63,105 nucleotides of DNA from a virus. Its lineage: Duplodnaviria; Caudoviricetes. Made by a program: the position numbers and the translations under genes. The DNA is taken from positions 1 through 63,105 of the IMG/VR virus record IMGVR_UViG_3300036831_000039, one strand, 5' to 3'. Under the pieces are notes generated by a model. The model had not been told where the DNA came from. It saw only the letters and a list, made by a program, of their open reading frames with translations, and did no database searches. This document shows positions 40,226 to 48,930 of this stretch, in pieces (the stretch's first letter is position 1; each line of letters starts with the position of its first letter).

Positions 40226-40490
40226 TAAATAAATTATTCTCCAAATTCTGCACTATTATATGGCCTACGAAATGGATAATATTTTCGCTTATCTCTCATT
40301 TCATATGCCAAATAGATTAAATCATCAAAATCTTCGTTGGTCCCGTCATAGTCATCTTCCTGAGGAGATGAAATGCTATGTGAGCCTGATAGGGACGTTC
40401 CATTATGGAGGATTACATCAGTAACATTGCCTGATTCATACCAGGAAATCTGTTCTAGAACTGGCACACAATCTACGTTATCATTATGAG

Positions 40491-40814
40491 ATGGACTTTT
40501 CATATAAATATCCTAGTAAACAACGGTTTAAATTACGGGCACAATTTAGAGGTATTATGCGTTGGTCATGTCCAAATTGTGGATATATTACTAAGAGCCA
40601 ATTAAATCAGTCCAATTTCTATGTTGAATGCAAGAACGATCGCTGTGATAAGCCGTACGCATGGGGTTTTCACTTCTATGAGATGGCTCCCGGCCCGAAG
40701 AGCCCTCCGCCGGATATCATTATCCCTTCAGATCCTATGCGGGAGGGAGAGTTTAAACCTACTAAATGGCATAGTAAGGATACTGTTCATGAAGTTACCG
40801 AACCCGAATCTTAA
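40491..40814 (+). CDS. Zn-ribbon protein on the opposite strand
   Basis: CPNC...CKNDRC; fills a gap with no competing - strand ORF. Confidence 0.55.
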   Translation: MDFSYKYPSKQRFKLRAQFRGIMRWSCPNCGYITKSQLNQSNFYVECKNDRCDKPYAWGFHFYEMAPGPKSPPPDIIIPSDPMREGEFKPTKWHSKDTVHEVTEPES

Positions 40815-41175
40815 CTAGCCCTTCCATCGAATGCCAGTATACCACATACTTGATTCCTGAGTCTTGAATCAACTCTCGACACATCTCACATGGCTCTGAG
40901 GAGTGGTTAGCGTGATCTCGTGCAGAGTAGAGAGTAGCTCCATGAAGAGGTGTGTTCGACTTGATAAGCGCTCGTTGTTCGGCATGGATGCTACGCTTGT
41001 TGAACTGCTCTCCGAGCGGGTGGCTAACTAGGCGGTTAACTGCAACTGATACAGGCTTGCCTGACTTGACTATTACGCAGCCATGGCGAGATTTACATTC
41101 GGATTCTGAGGCTAGTTTGAGAGCAAGAGTATACCATGTGTGATCTTTAGTGGTTAACTGTCGAGCGGCATCCAA
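40795..41175 (-). CDS. dCMP/cytidine deaminase-like protein
   Basis: S.C..RHGCVIVK, HAEQRAL, GATLY, PCEMC. Confidence 0.85.
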   Translation of the reverse strand: MDAARQLTTKDHTWYTLALKLASESECKSRHGCVIVKSGKPVSVAVNRLVSHPLGEQFNKRSIHAEQRALIKSNTPLHGATLYSARDHANHSSEPCEMCRELIQDSGIKYVVYWHSMEGLVKIRVR

Positions 41176-41561
41176 AGTAGCTCCAATCTTGATCCATCCT
41201 CAAATTCATATTCTTCAGGATTTACGAGCTTATCCATTTTTAATGCCCAATCACGAAGAGCTTTTCGGTTAACCTTCCAAACCCAAAGCTTAATCTTGTT
41301 ACTCGAATTTGGGTTAACTACTGGCTTGTCTGAGGTAACAGTTCCAAGTTTTCTTCTTACTATAAATTTGGCCAACCTAGTCCCATTACCATTGGCCACA
41401 GTATCGGAAAAGAGAATGTAACTAAACCCTGGGAAAAGATCCTCTTGAAGAAGTCCACTATCTTCAAAGGCCTCAAATAAGCTTTGATCGAGATTATTAT
41501 GGTTATAAAGCGCATGAAGCTGGTGAATTCCGCATGAAATTTGTGTAGAATCTATGAACAT
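41154..41561 (-). CDS. Unknown-function paralogue A
   Basis: ISCG..L, ILFSD, LAKFI..KLG.V, NPNS..KI..WVW.V motif set. Confidence 0.7.
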   Translation of the reverse strand: MFIDSTQISCGIHQLHALYNHNNLDQSLFEAFEDSGLLQEDLFPGFSYILFSDTVANGNGTRLAKFIVRRKLGTVTSDKPVVNPNSSNKIKLWVWKVNRKALRDWALKMDKLVNPEEYEFEDGSRLELLWMPLDS

Positions 41562-41590
41562 TTAAATAGTCCTAATTTATCAGAAATTTT

Positions 41591-41924
41591 CTAGACCCAA
41601 GCTTTAAATGCCACTCTGTCAACAATCCATACCCATAGTACAACCTCGTGATCTGTATTGGGATTGGTCTCGGGGCCGATAGCCGTTACTGTGCCTAGCT
41701 GATTATCCATAATTAACTTTAGCACTTTACCTGCATTAACATATGGGTAGCAATCAGAGAATAGGATAAATTTAAAATCAGGAAAGTCAGGATCGTCTAG
41801 TGAATAATCGGTATCTCTATTGGTATTATATAATGAATTAAAGAAATCTTTTTCACAATTGAAAGTGTCCAGCCCATATAATTGTACTGTACTACAAGAA
41901 ATATGAGTATTGTTCGATCAGCAT
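41591..41924 (-). pseudogene. Paralogue B with a +1 frameshift after codon 4 (or sequencing error)
   Basis: ATG CTG ATC GAA [C] AAT ACT CAT ATT TCT TGT; removing one base gives MLIENTHISC...FILFSD...QLGTV...NPNTDHEVVLWVWIVDR; length 334 = 3n+1. Confidence 0.75.
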
Positions 41925-41930
41925 CTAAAG

Positions 41931-42284
41931 TTATCCTGCATTTACCCACTTTAAAGTGGCTAATCTATCAACTTCCCACACCAATACTCGAATTTTATGT
42001 CCTGTGTTAGGATTAGCCTTAACAGAGGACTTAATTACTTTACCAAGTTTGTTATTCTCAATAAATTTAGCTAATTTAGCCCCATTTCGATTAGCAATGG
42101 CATCTGAAAATACAATAAATGGGGTAATAAGCTTGAAACTAATTCCACTTCCGCTCCTGTACCAATCTGTGCACTCAAGGTTAATAATATCGATAAGAGC
42201 TTTTTTAATGTCATTCGTCTTAAGCTCATACAAGTCACTTCTGATCAACTCCATAAAATTGCTTACCTTTCTCCGTCTGTCCAT
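41931..42284 (-). CDS. Unknown-function paralogue C
   Basis: FIVFSD..NGAKLAKFI..KLG.V..NPNTGHKI..VWEVDR. Confidence 0.7.
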   Translation of the reverse strand: MDRRRKVSNFMELIRSDLYELKTNDIKKALIDIINLECTDWYRSGSGISFKLITPFIVFSDAIANRNGAKLAKFIENNKLGKVIKSSVKANPNTGHKIRVLVWEVDRLATLKWVNAG

Positions 42285-42379
42285 TTTCAGTAATAGCGGG
42301 CCGCAGAAATTAATTAGTTAAATAGTTTGTTATAAGATGCGTGCAGAAATGAGGGAGGCTTTTTACTGGCTCTAGTCAG

Positions 42380-42562
42380 CTAAATATTGTTTAAACCTTT
42401 CCAATAATACTTTTCAAAAATAAGCGAAACTCTACAAACATCTATGGCTAGTCTATTAGGCCCTAAATACCTAAAAGCGAAAATCGAAGAAAAATCATAA
42501 CGACGCTTATATATTCGTATACTAAATTGAAAAGGACCAATTGCTATGGAAAATATCGGCAT
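42380..42562 (-). CDS. Hypothetical protein after a G13 tract
   Basis: ATG lies 8 nt after the G13; a longer in-frame version runs from 42667. Confidence 0.4.
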   Translation of the reverse strand: MPIFSIAIGPFQFSIRIYKRRYDFSSIFAFRYLGPNRLAIDVCRVSLIFEKYYWKGLNNI

Positions 42563-42848
42563 AATGTCAGCCCCCCCCCCCCCTTGCGGGATTGAATGAA
42601 TATTAGGTTCAAATTTTTCTAGTTCAAGACAATGATTGCATAGGTTACTCATAATAATATTTATCACTTATCGAATTCAATGTATTCAACTCTAAGAGAC
42701 AATCTGCCCATATCCAAACTGTATCTACCCTTCCCTAGATTGTGAAGCCCCCACACAGCAGAATCCGCACTATACCATAGAATGGAAAAGCTTAGCATTG
42801 CGCTCATTTATTAGTCCTCCAAGTACTAGAGGGTTCACCAGAAGATTT

Positions 42849-42939
42849 TGGTGCAGGCGTCCGGACTCGGACCGGCTTCTAGGCGCTGATCTGGCGCGAC
42901 CGATTATAAGTCGGCTTGAGGACCTTCCTCCCCGCCTGC
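42849..42939 (-). tRNA. Non-canonical tRNA, anticodon UAU (Ile), with long variable arm
   Basis: GCAGGCG/CGCCTGC acceptor + ACCA; D arm GAGG-AAGGT-CCTC; anticodon arm GCCGA-CTTATAA-TCGGT; extra arm GCGC-CAGATCA-GCGC; T arm CCGG-TCCGAGT-CCGG. Confidence 0.8.
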
Positions 42940-42972
42940 ACAAACACGCTCTCACATAATTTTGTATAAGCC

Positions 42973-43425
42973 CTAGAATGGGGCATTCCCTCTATTATTA
43001 TTACTTACCTTCATATATCCTGCCACTTTATTAAACTCTGGTGTAGGAATAATAGGATCTACTTTCGCTGGTTGATTGTACTTTTCTTCCATTGTAGCCA
43101 TCCACTTATTAAGCTCCCTGTGATCGACTGTCCACGCACAGAGGGTAATTTTATGCCCATCTACGTTTTTATAAACTGGATTAACTACAGAAGGGAGGGT
43201 AGTTACCTCTCCAAGATTATTGCTGGTAATATACTGGGTAAGAGCATTAGTGTGTTGAGAACCTTCTTTATCAGAGTAAAGGATTATGCCTCCCAGCACA
43301 GATTTGGTCCCGTACCTGTCCAGTGGATTTTTGCAGGCTTCATACAATGCCTTCTCAAGATTAAAGGTATAAATCCCTACAAGTTCTCCCACTCCGCAAG
43401 AAACTTTTGACCATGACAGATTCAT
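42973..43425 (-). CDS. Unknown-function paralogue D
   Basis: VSCGV.EL, ILYSD, LTQYI..NLGEV, NP..GHKI..AWTVD. Confidence 0.7.
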   Translation of the reverse strand: MNLSWSKVSCGVGELVGIYTFNLEKALYEACKNPLDRYGTKSVLGGIILYSDKEGSQHTNALTQYITSNNLGEVTTLPSVVNPVYKNVDGHKITLCAWTVDHRELNKWMATMEEKYNQPAKVDPIIPTPEFNKVAGYMKVSNNNRGNAPF

Positions 43426-43460
43426 TTTCGTATGTCCTCTAAAGTTAGTTGGTTAATAAT

Positions 43461-43537
43461 TGGTGCCCTTGAGAGGAGTCGAGCCTCTAACCGAGAGATT
43501 AGAAATCTCTTACTCTATCCTATTGAGCTACAAGGGC
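43461..43537 (-). tRNA. tRNA-Arg(UCU)
   Basis: GCCCTTG/CAAGGGC acceptor + ACCA; AGAGA-TTTCTAA-TCTCT anticodon arm; AGAGG-CTCGACT-CCTCT T arm. Confidence 0.9.
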
Positions 43538-43547
43538 AGACTAAGAT

Positions 43548-43769
43548 TCACTCTGACATAAATTCTATTACACTCTTAAGAATGTTCGCCGCATGCATAG
43601 GATGCATAGAGCCATCCCTAAGCCCCGCTTCAGTCCTGGCTAATTCTCTTTTAATCTCCGCTAAGGCTTTCTCTATTAGATCGGCTAATGCTTCTTTAGG
43701 CAATTGGCTAAGCTCTTCCACCGTCTGGGTTATTACGTTCTCCCCTAGTCTTTTTCCTATTTCACTCAT
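43548..43769 (-). CDS. Small helical protein
   Basis: AAGGAG RBS; ATGA overlap. Confidence 0.55.
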   Translation of the reverse strand: MSEIGKRLGENVITQTVEELSQLPKEALADLIEKALAEIKRELARTEAGLRDGSMHPMHAANILKSVIEFMSE

Positions 43770-43996
43770 ACCAACTCCTTCCACCTAAGAATGTCTGCAA
43801 AATTTAGCGCTGATTTAGGGGATAGTTTCATAGGCCTAATCTCGTTATAGGTAATTGAGTTAGGACCGCTACGGGCATATTTTGCGTAAACTGTGGCTGC
43901 TTCCTCATCTACTACGATCGCATACTTCCCGAAAGGCCTATCCGAAGAGTAAGCTTGAAAGTAATGTCCGTTGGGGTCTATGAATATACGGGCCAT
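43766..43996 (-). CDS. Hypothetical protein
   Basis: ORF overlapping the end of the amidotransferase gene. Confidence 0.5.
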   Translation of the reverse strand: MARIFIDPNGHYFQAYSSDRPFGKYAIVVDEEAATVYAKYARSGPNSITYNEIRPMKLSPKSALNFADILRWKELV

Positions 43997-45510
43997 TCAA
44001 GCTCATCTCCTTCTGGAGGCCCTAGGCGATTCTCTTTGTCGGTTAGAAAGCCAATTGCGGCCTGTGTAGCTTCATCAGGATCTTGTGCGGTAGTAGTATT
44101 GAGGACCACTAACGATGTAGATTCCTCACCAGAATGTGCTTTGTTACCTTCTAGAGCTAGTACGAGTTCGGACTCTGGAATGCAATAACAACTACACTGA
44201 TTGCACCAAATATTGCTAGTAAGTTCTCCCTTAGTGTGGATGTCCGTGGAAAGGAAGTGGCCACAGTCTCGACACATTTTAACTGTTAACAACTTGCATG
44301 CTTCGTCTTGTTTTCCCTGGCACTGAACAAGGCTATTGAACAAGCACATGCCCCAAATGTGATACTTCAGCGGATCATTACACCTCGGGCAAATGGTAGT
44401 AAGTTCTACCTCTCCAAAAGTTTCGGAGTTGGAATCAGCATTTCGCAGCATGACACTCCGAAGCCGCTCAATCGGAACCAGATTATCCGGAACAGGATCA
44501 CTAGTAAGCTTTTCCCATTCAGCTTCCATTGCTTCAAAGTGTGCTGTAGTTGGAACTAGCTTACTCTTACGACGAAGAGCTTTCTTTTGGGCTTTAGAGA
44601 GCTTATGGATTCCGTCTGCAGAAGGGGTAGAGAAATTTCCATGAACTACATTGCTAGTAGTTCCTTTGATTGCATTCTGACGTTCAGTTCTGCGGCGCTC
44701 TAACCAACTTTTCTCTGTTTCACTAAGTCCTAGAGTGTTCCATTCATGAGTGTTACCAGAGGATCTAGAACTAGACCACGTAGACATACCACGGAAATTC
44801 TTACTAGCTTCTTTTTCCTCAAACACTTCCCCGTTTTCAATTTTGTACCATGTATCAGGATTGATAATGAGCGATCTCATATCCATACCGAGTAGGTTAG
44901 CCGCTTTGTCAAGCGCTCTCCATTCGGATGCCCAAACAACTAAATTCTGACGTTCTCCGTCAGCTTTAGGCTTGCTACGGTAGAAATTGGCTACCGAAAT
45001 ATTGCCGCCGTTAGTCTTAAAAAACCTAATAGACTTATAATCGTTTGATTTACTTGCGTAGAACACTACCCCATATCCGGATAGCTCCAGTAGTGGAAGA
45101 TCCTCGTTAATATGAGCAAAGAGGTGTTGAGAATCCACTTCAAACGTTCTCCCATACTTTTCATTCATTTCTTTATAGTTACCTACTGAGCCATTGTGCA
45201 CGCCGATAATATTTCCCACCTCAAACGGATGAGCATTAGGAATGCTAACTTCTCCTACTGTGGCAGCCCTGGTATGACCGAGAATCTTAGGATATACCGA
45301 TATTTCCCTAAGTACATGACTGCCCTTTTCAGAGATTTTGCCAAGCCCCTTAATTACATCAATTTTTCCGGTAGGATCAAATAATGCTACTCCGAAGGAA
45401 TCCTTACCTCGGCCTTCCATTTCAGAAGCAAGGGTTACTCCTAGGATGCCTGCTTCGTATTCGGTAAGGTTATTATCGTCTGTACACTGAAACCCGAAAA
45501 TTCCACACAT
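43978..45510 (-). CDS. Class II (Ntn) glutamine amidotransferase with Cys-rich C-terminal extension
   Basis: MCGIFG, RG.DSFG, GHTRAAT.G..NAHPF, HNG, VDS. Confidence 0.92.
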   Translation of the reverse strand: MCGIFGFQCTDDNNLTEYEAGILGVTLASEMEGRGKDSFGVALFDPTGKIDVIKGLGKISEKGSHVLREISVYPKILGHTRAATVGEVSIPNAHPFEVGNIIGVHNGSVGNYKEMNEKYGRTFEVDSQHLFAHINEDLPLLELSGYGVVFYASKSNDYKSIRFFKTNGGNISVANFYRSKPKADGERQNLVVWASEWRALDKAANLLGMDMRSLIINPDTWYKIENGEVFEEKEASKNFRGMSTWSSSRSSGNTHEWNTLGLSETEKSWLERRRTERQNAIKGTTSNVVHGNFSTPSADGIHKLSKAQKKALRRKSKLVPTTAHFEAMEAEWEKLTSDPVPDNLVPIERLRSVMLRNADSNSETFGEVELTTICPRCNDPLKYHIWGMCLFNSLVQCQGKQDEACKLLTVKMCRDCGHFLSTDIHTKGELTSNIWCNQCSCYCIPESELVLALEGNKAHSGEESTSLVVLNTTTAQDPDEATQAAIGFLTDKENRLGPPEGDELEWPVYS

Positions 45511-46968
45511 TTAAATTGTCTCCAAATAAAGATTTTCAGTAATTAATGCTTGAGGTTGAATTTTATTTCGATAGTTACTCATTAAAGTAGCTGGAAGGAT
45601 CTTATCTCCAAAGGATGCATTGGATCGAATGTAATCTGATAATTCCAGCTTATTGCGAAAGTAGTCTATTGATTGTTTAGATACCAATTGACCCATTAGA
45701 AATAAGCCGGAGGTAATATTCTCTTTGCCCTGTGTTTCTTTCGCTTCGGATTTGTTTAATAGATCCTGTAGCTTTGAGTAGCTAATAGATTTAATGCTAT
45801 CGAATAGCTCTAGTAGGAGCTTAACCCATCCATAAATCTCGTTGAAATCTACCGCACCATGATGGAGCCGAAATTCTACAGTGCCTCTAAGAAAGTATGT
45901 GTGGAGATTTACTGCCGAATAGCGGACTTCATTGCGATTTCCACGGATACGCCCATAATGATCTCGCTTGGAACGTAAATATTCATTAGGGTTTCCAAGT
46001 GCTGCATCTCCGTATACTTTCTTGATAATGGCAGGTTTAAGAGACTTAGTATCAGGCTTAATACCTTTTAGAATACCCTCGCTAAGATATTCGCCACACG
46101 GCCTACAGAACGCACTATTGATCCTGGATGAGTGTACTGAGCCAAACAGAACAGGTTCTAGCCGGCTATACACAGCTACAAACCGTTGTATTTCTTGATA
46201 ACCTAAATCTCTACAATCAATATGGACATGTAGGCCACATGAAGTATTGACTTTGGCGTCAGCAGCGATTAACCCGTCGCAGATATCCTTGAGTTCATTA
46301 TATAACGCATCTCCGCAAGCGGGCGTGGTGTTGATTTCAAATGATCTATTGGTGTTACTTACAATAGATCCGTCATGTACCACGCTACAGCCCCATTTAG
46401 ATAATGCTGCATTCAGTTCTTTAGCATTACCATACTCGCTTACCTCAATTTCCACTGCTGCAAATCGTTTTGAGGAATTGTGGATAAATCCCTTCGGACT
46501 TAGGCAAGTTCTCTGCATACCGTTGGATATAAGTAGAGATGAAGTGGCGTCCGTAAATGATGGATCTGGAAAAGTCTTTACTTCCGGATAAGCAAAGTTT
46601 ACTTCGCCAATCCTATCAGCTTCTCTCCACTGGATGGGCTTCCAGCAACAAGAGTGGAAGTAAGTCTTACAACAATTTTTGCACCGGGTACTATTACTTC
46701 CACCTTGTGGACAGCATCCGCAGATATAGTCTTTTATTGGAAATGTATTACCACAACTAGAGCAATATTTATGTTCTTGTTCTTTATCCTTAGGAGATGT
46801 TCCGAGAGTACGATTAGGATAAAGTTTCTTACAGCATCGCACACAACTAGCTATCTCAGGGTTAGCACCACGGGCTGGCTTACAGCAAGTGTTATTGCTA
46901 TTGCTGCAACGACGTGTGTAATTACTATTAAACTCATTACCGCAAATATAACATCTAGTAGGTTTCAT
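45511..46968 (-). CDS. Putative amidoligase (glutamine-synthetase-like COOH-NH2 ligase) with Cys-rich N-terminus
   Basis: AVEIE, DGSI, FEINT, NTSCGLHVHI, RYSAVNL, TVEFRLHHG. Confidence 0.88.
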   Translation of the reverse strand: MKPTRCYICGNEFNSNYTRRCSNSNNTCCKPARGANPEIASCVRCCKKLYPNRTLGTSPKDKEQEHKYCSSCGNTFPIKDYICGCCPQGGSNSTRCKNCCKTYFHSCCWKPIQWREADRIGEVNFAYPEVKTFPDPSFTDATSSLLISNGMQRTCLSPKGFIHNSSKRFAAVEIEVSEYGNAKELNAALSKWGCSVVHDGSIVSNTNRSFEINTTPACGDALYNELKDICDGLIAADAKVNTSCGLHVHIDCRDLGYQEIQRFVAVYSRLEPVLFGSVHSSRINSAFCRPCGEYLSEGILKGIKPDTKSLKPAIIKKVYGDAALGNPNEYLRSKRDHYGRIRGNRNEVRYSAVNLHTYFLRGTVEFRLHHGAVDFNEIYGWVKLLLELFDSIKSISYSKLQDLLNKSEAKETQGKENITSGLFLMGQLVSKQSIDYFRNKLELSDYIRSNASFGDKILPATLMSNYRNKIQPQALITENLYLETI

Positions 46969-47552
46969 TTCTGTCGCCTTTTCATTGCAGCAGTGCTTAA
47001 TCTGAGTCCTTCCGCTTCGTTATAGTACGGGTTAACAGAATCTATAATTTCTCTGATATCTGAAGGACCATAAAGAGTTTCAAGGTAGGTTTTACCATTA
47101 CCAATCTCTGGAGCTTCCTTGCGTGAGTTACAGCAAAACCTGCACATAGTCATGCGGTGGCTTACATGGTTGCACATTGCCCCGAATACCTTGAAACTAA
47201 TAAACCTATGATTGCAGCTAAAACAAGAAAACGATTTAACTTTCCAAGCGGCGTCTACTAGTTTCCAGGGAATGGCCCATTTTGGGAACTTAATGATAGT
47301 TCCACCACAATTACATGCAAAAGGCACGGGCTTAGGACTATTGGTAATTATCCGGCACTTAACCTTCTGGTACTTCTTGCCACAATCTCTGCATACGCCA
47401 CGAATGTTCGACGGAAGAGCTCCCCAATACTTATTAATCCACTTATACGTAGACCTAGTATAAGGATCACCTAACACAAAACGTCTGCGTTCGATGTAAC
47501 TAAATGGAGCTTGTGGGTTAATATATTTATTTACATAGTTATGTTCCGTCAT
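46965..47552 (-). CDS. Basic multi-Zn-finger protein
   Basis: CRDC, CNC, CFSC, CRFCC. Confidence 0.6.
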   Translation of the reverse strand: MTEHNYVNKYINPQAPFSYIERRRFVLGDPYTRSTYKWINKYWGALPSNIRGVCRDCGKKYQKVKCRIITNSPKPVPFACNCGGTIIKFPKWAIPWKLVDAAWKVKSFSCFSCNHRFISFKVFGAMCNHVSHRMTMCRFCCNSRKEAPEIGNGKTYLETLYGPSDIREIIDSVNPYYNEAEGLRLSTAAMKRRQK

Positions 47553-47575
47553 AGCACTCCTTTTACCTATCCTTT

Positions 47576-47794
47576 TTAACTATTGTATAGTTCTTTGAGT
47601 GTTTCATTAAGATAACATAAAATTTTCCTGTCAGCCGTTGACAAATGTATTGCTAATCTACAATCTTCAGTGCTAACCCAATTAGCATGCAATATCGAGT
47701 TAAGAACCTGTGACAGGTGGGAAGCCTCTTTCGCTGTCATAGTAATTTGCACGTCTAGTGGAAGTGGAGTAGGCGGAACCCAACCGCTTTTCAT
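47576..47794 (-). CDS. Hypothetical protein
   Basis: ATGA overlap; PPTP..VQITMT..EA..L resembles 53136-53348. Confidence 0.5.
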   Translation of the reverse strand: MKSGWVPPTPLPLDVQITMTAKEASHLSQVLNSILHANWVSTEDCRLAIHLSTADRKILCYLNETLKELYNS

Positions 47795-48528
47795 TGTAGT
47801 TCTCTCATAATCTGGTCTGTGTAGACTTCCACGGAGGGTCCTTGGTCGAGCCCAGGAGCCGTGTTAACCTCTAGCACGTAAGCGTTATTCCCGGGCACGA
47901 TTCCGAGGTCTACCGCTCCGAAATCTAGCCCTAACGCGGCCACTGCTGACTTCGCCAATTCTCGCCGATCCTGACGAATTCTGACAGCTAACGAATAGTC
48001 AATCTTCCACCCGCTTTCGTATGATCGTATCCATTCGTGTGGATTTGGTATGCGAGGAACTTTGATGCCTGCATGAATAGACTTGCCTTTGAATACGTGG
48101 ATTCGCATTTCCCGAATAAGAGGAAGCTTTTGTGTATAGAAGTCTCTTCCTCCGCCCGTTAATAGATCTCGCCCCCCTTGATGATGTAGTGAACGTCCTA
48201 TACTCCCCGGGGCAGGATAATCATACATTTCTGGAACAGGGATACCCTTACTCGCTAAAGTTAGTAATTCTTCTTTTTTACTACCTACAATATAGGGGTT
48301 CAAAATTTTAAGTCTAATTGGAAATAGGACAAGATTATGCGGATCTTTAAAAGACCCCCAATTAACCCATAGGTCATTAGTTTTAAGCCTATTTGCAAAT
48401 CTATTTAAAGAGGTATTAGAAAGACGTGTAGAGGTTTTGTATGCTCTCACTCCCCTTGCTCTAAGGGAGTCTCGAAGTCTAATTGCGCTCTCTGATGCTC
48501 TGGGACACCATATGTGAACTCGTGACAA
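47791..48528 (-). CDS. ATP-grasp ligase (RimK/YheCD-like)
   Basis: EMRIHVF, ALGLDFGAVD, VLEVNTAPG; GAGGAG RBS. Confidence 0.9.
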   Translation of the reverse strand: MSRVHIWCPRASESAIRLRDSLRARGVRAYKTSTRLSNTSLNRFANRLKTNDLWVNWGSFKDPHNLVLFPIRLKILNPYIVGSKKEELLTLASKGIPVPEMYDYPAPGSIGRSLHHQGGRDLLTGGGRDFYTQKLPLIREMRIHVFKGKSIHAGIKVPRIPNPHEWIRSYESGWKIDYSLAVRIRQDRRELAKSAVAALGLDFGAVDLGIVPGNNAYVLEVNTAPGLDQGPSVEVYTDQIMRELQ

Positions 48529-48542
48529 GACTTAGGCTCCTC

Positions 48543-48926
48543 TTATAACTTCAGTTTTAGAATTTTCTTTTCTTCATCAGTAAGCTTATCTAGTGCTGTC
48601 TTCTTTTTGCGTAGAAATTCCTTGTGGCTCTTTAAGTTCTCTTTCCTAGCTTTATCAGCGGCAACATGATCTCTCCACCACATTTGAAGTTCTAGGGATC
48701 GTCTAGCAATATTAATAGGAGACTTTTTTAGCAGAGAGCAGAGTTCAGCAACTGCATTATCCAGTGCTTCATTACTGTATTTGTTATAGGCACGATTATC
48801 ATAGCCATTCTTAAAGTTTTCGGAATTAACTGGAATTCCTGTTTTTACTTCATCAATTAGCCGGAAAACTTGTGATAACAGCCGTTCGTCTCTTGTAGCT
48901 TCTAGATAATCACCATTACAGGGCAT
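48543..48926 (-). CDS. Hypothetical protein (likely start MPCNGDYL)
   Basis: GGAGGT RBS before ATG 48926; WWRDH..AD..R and ALDKLT.EEK motifs. Confidence 0.6.
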   Translation of the reverse strand: MPCNGDYLEATRDERLLSQVFRLIDEVKTGIPVNSENFKNGYDNRAYNKYSNEALDNAVAELCSLLKKSPINIARRSLELQMWWRDHVAADKARKENLKSHKEFLRKKKTALDKLTDEEKKILKLKL

Positions 48927-48930
48927 ATTT

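Noticed and set aside
42770-42955. 61-aa ORF (also 43432-43788 on +)
   Set aside because: These are translations across the tRNA genes.
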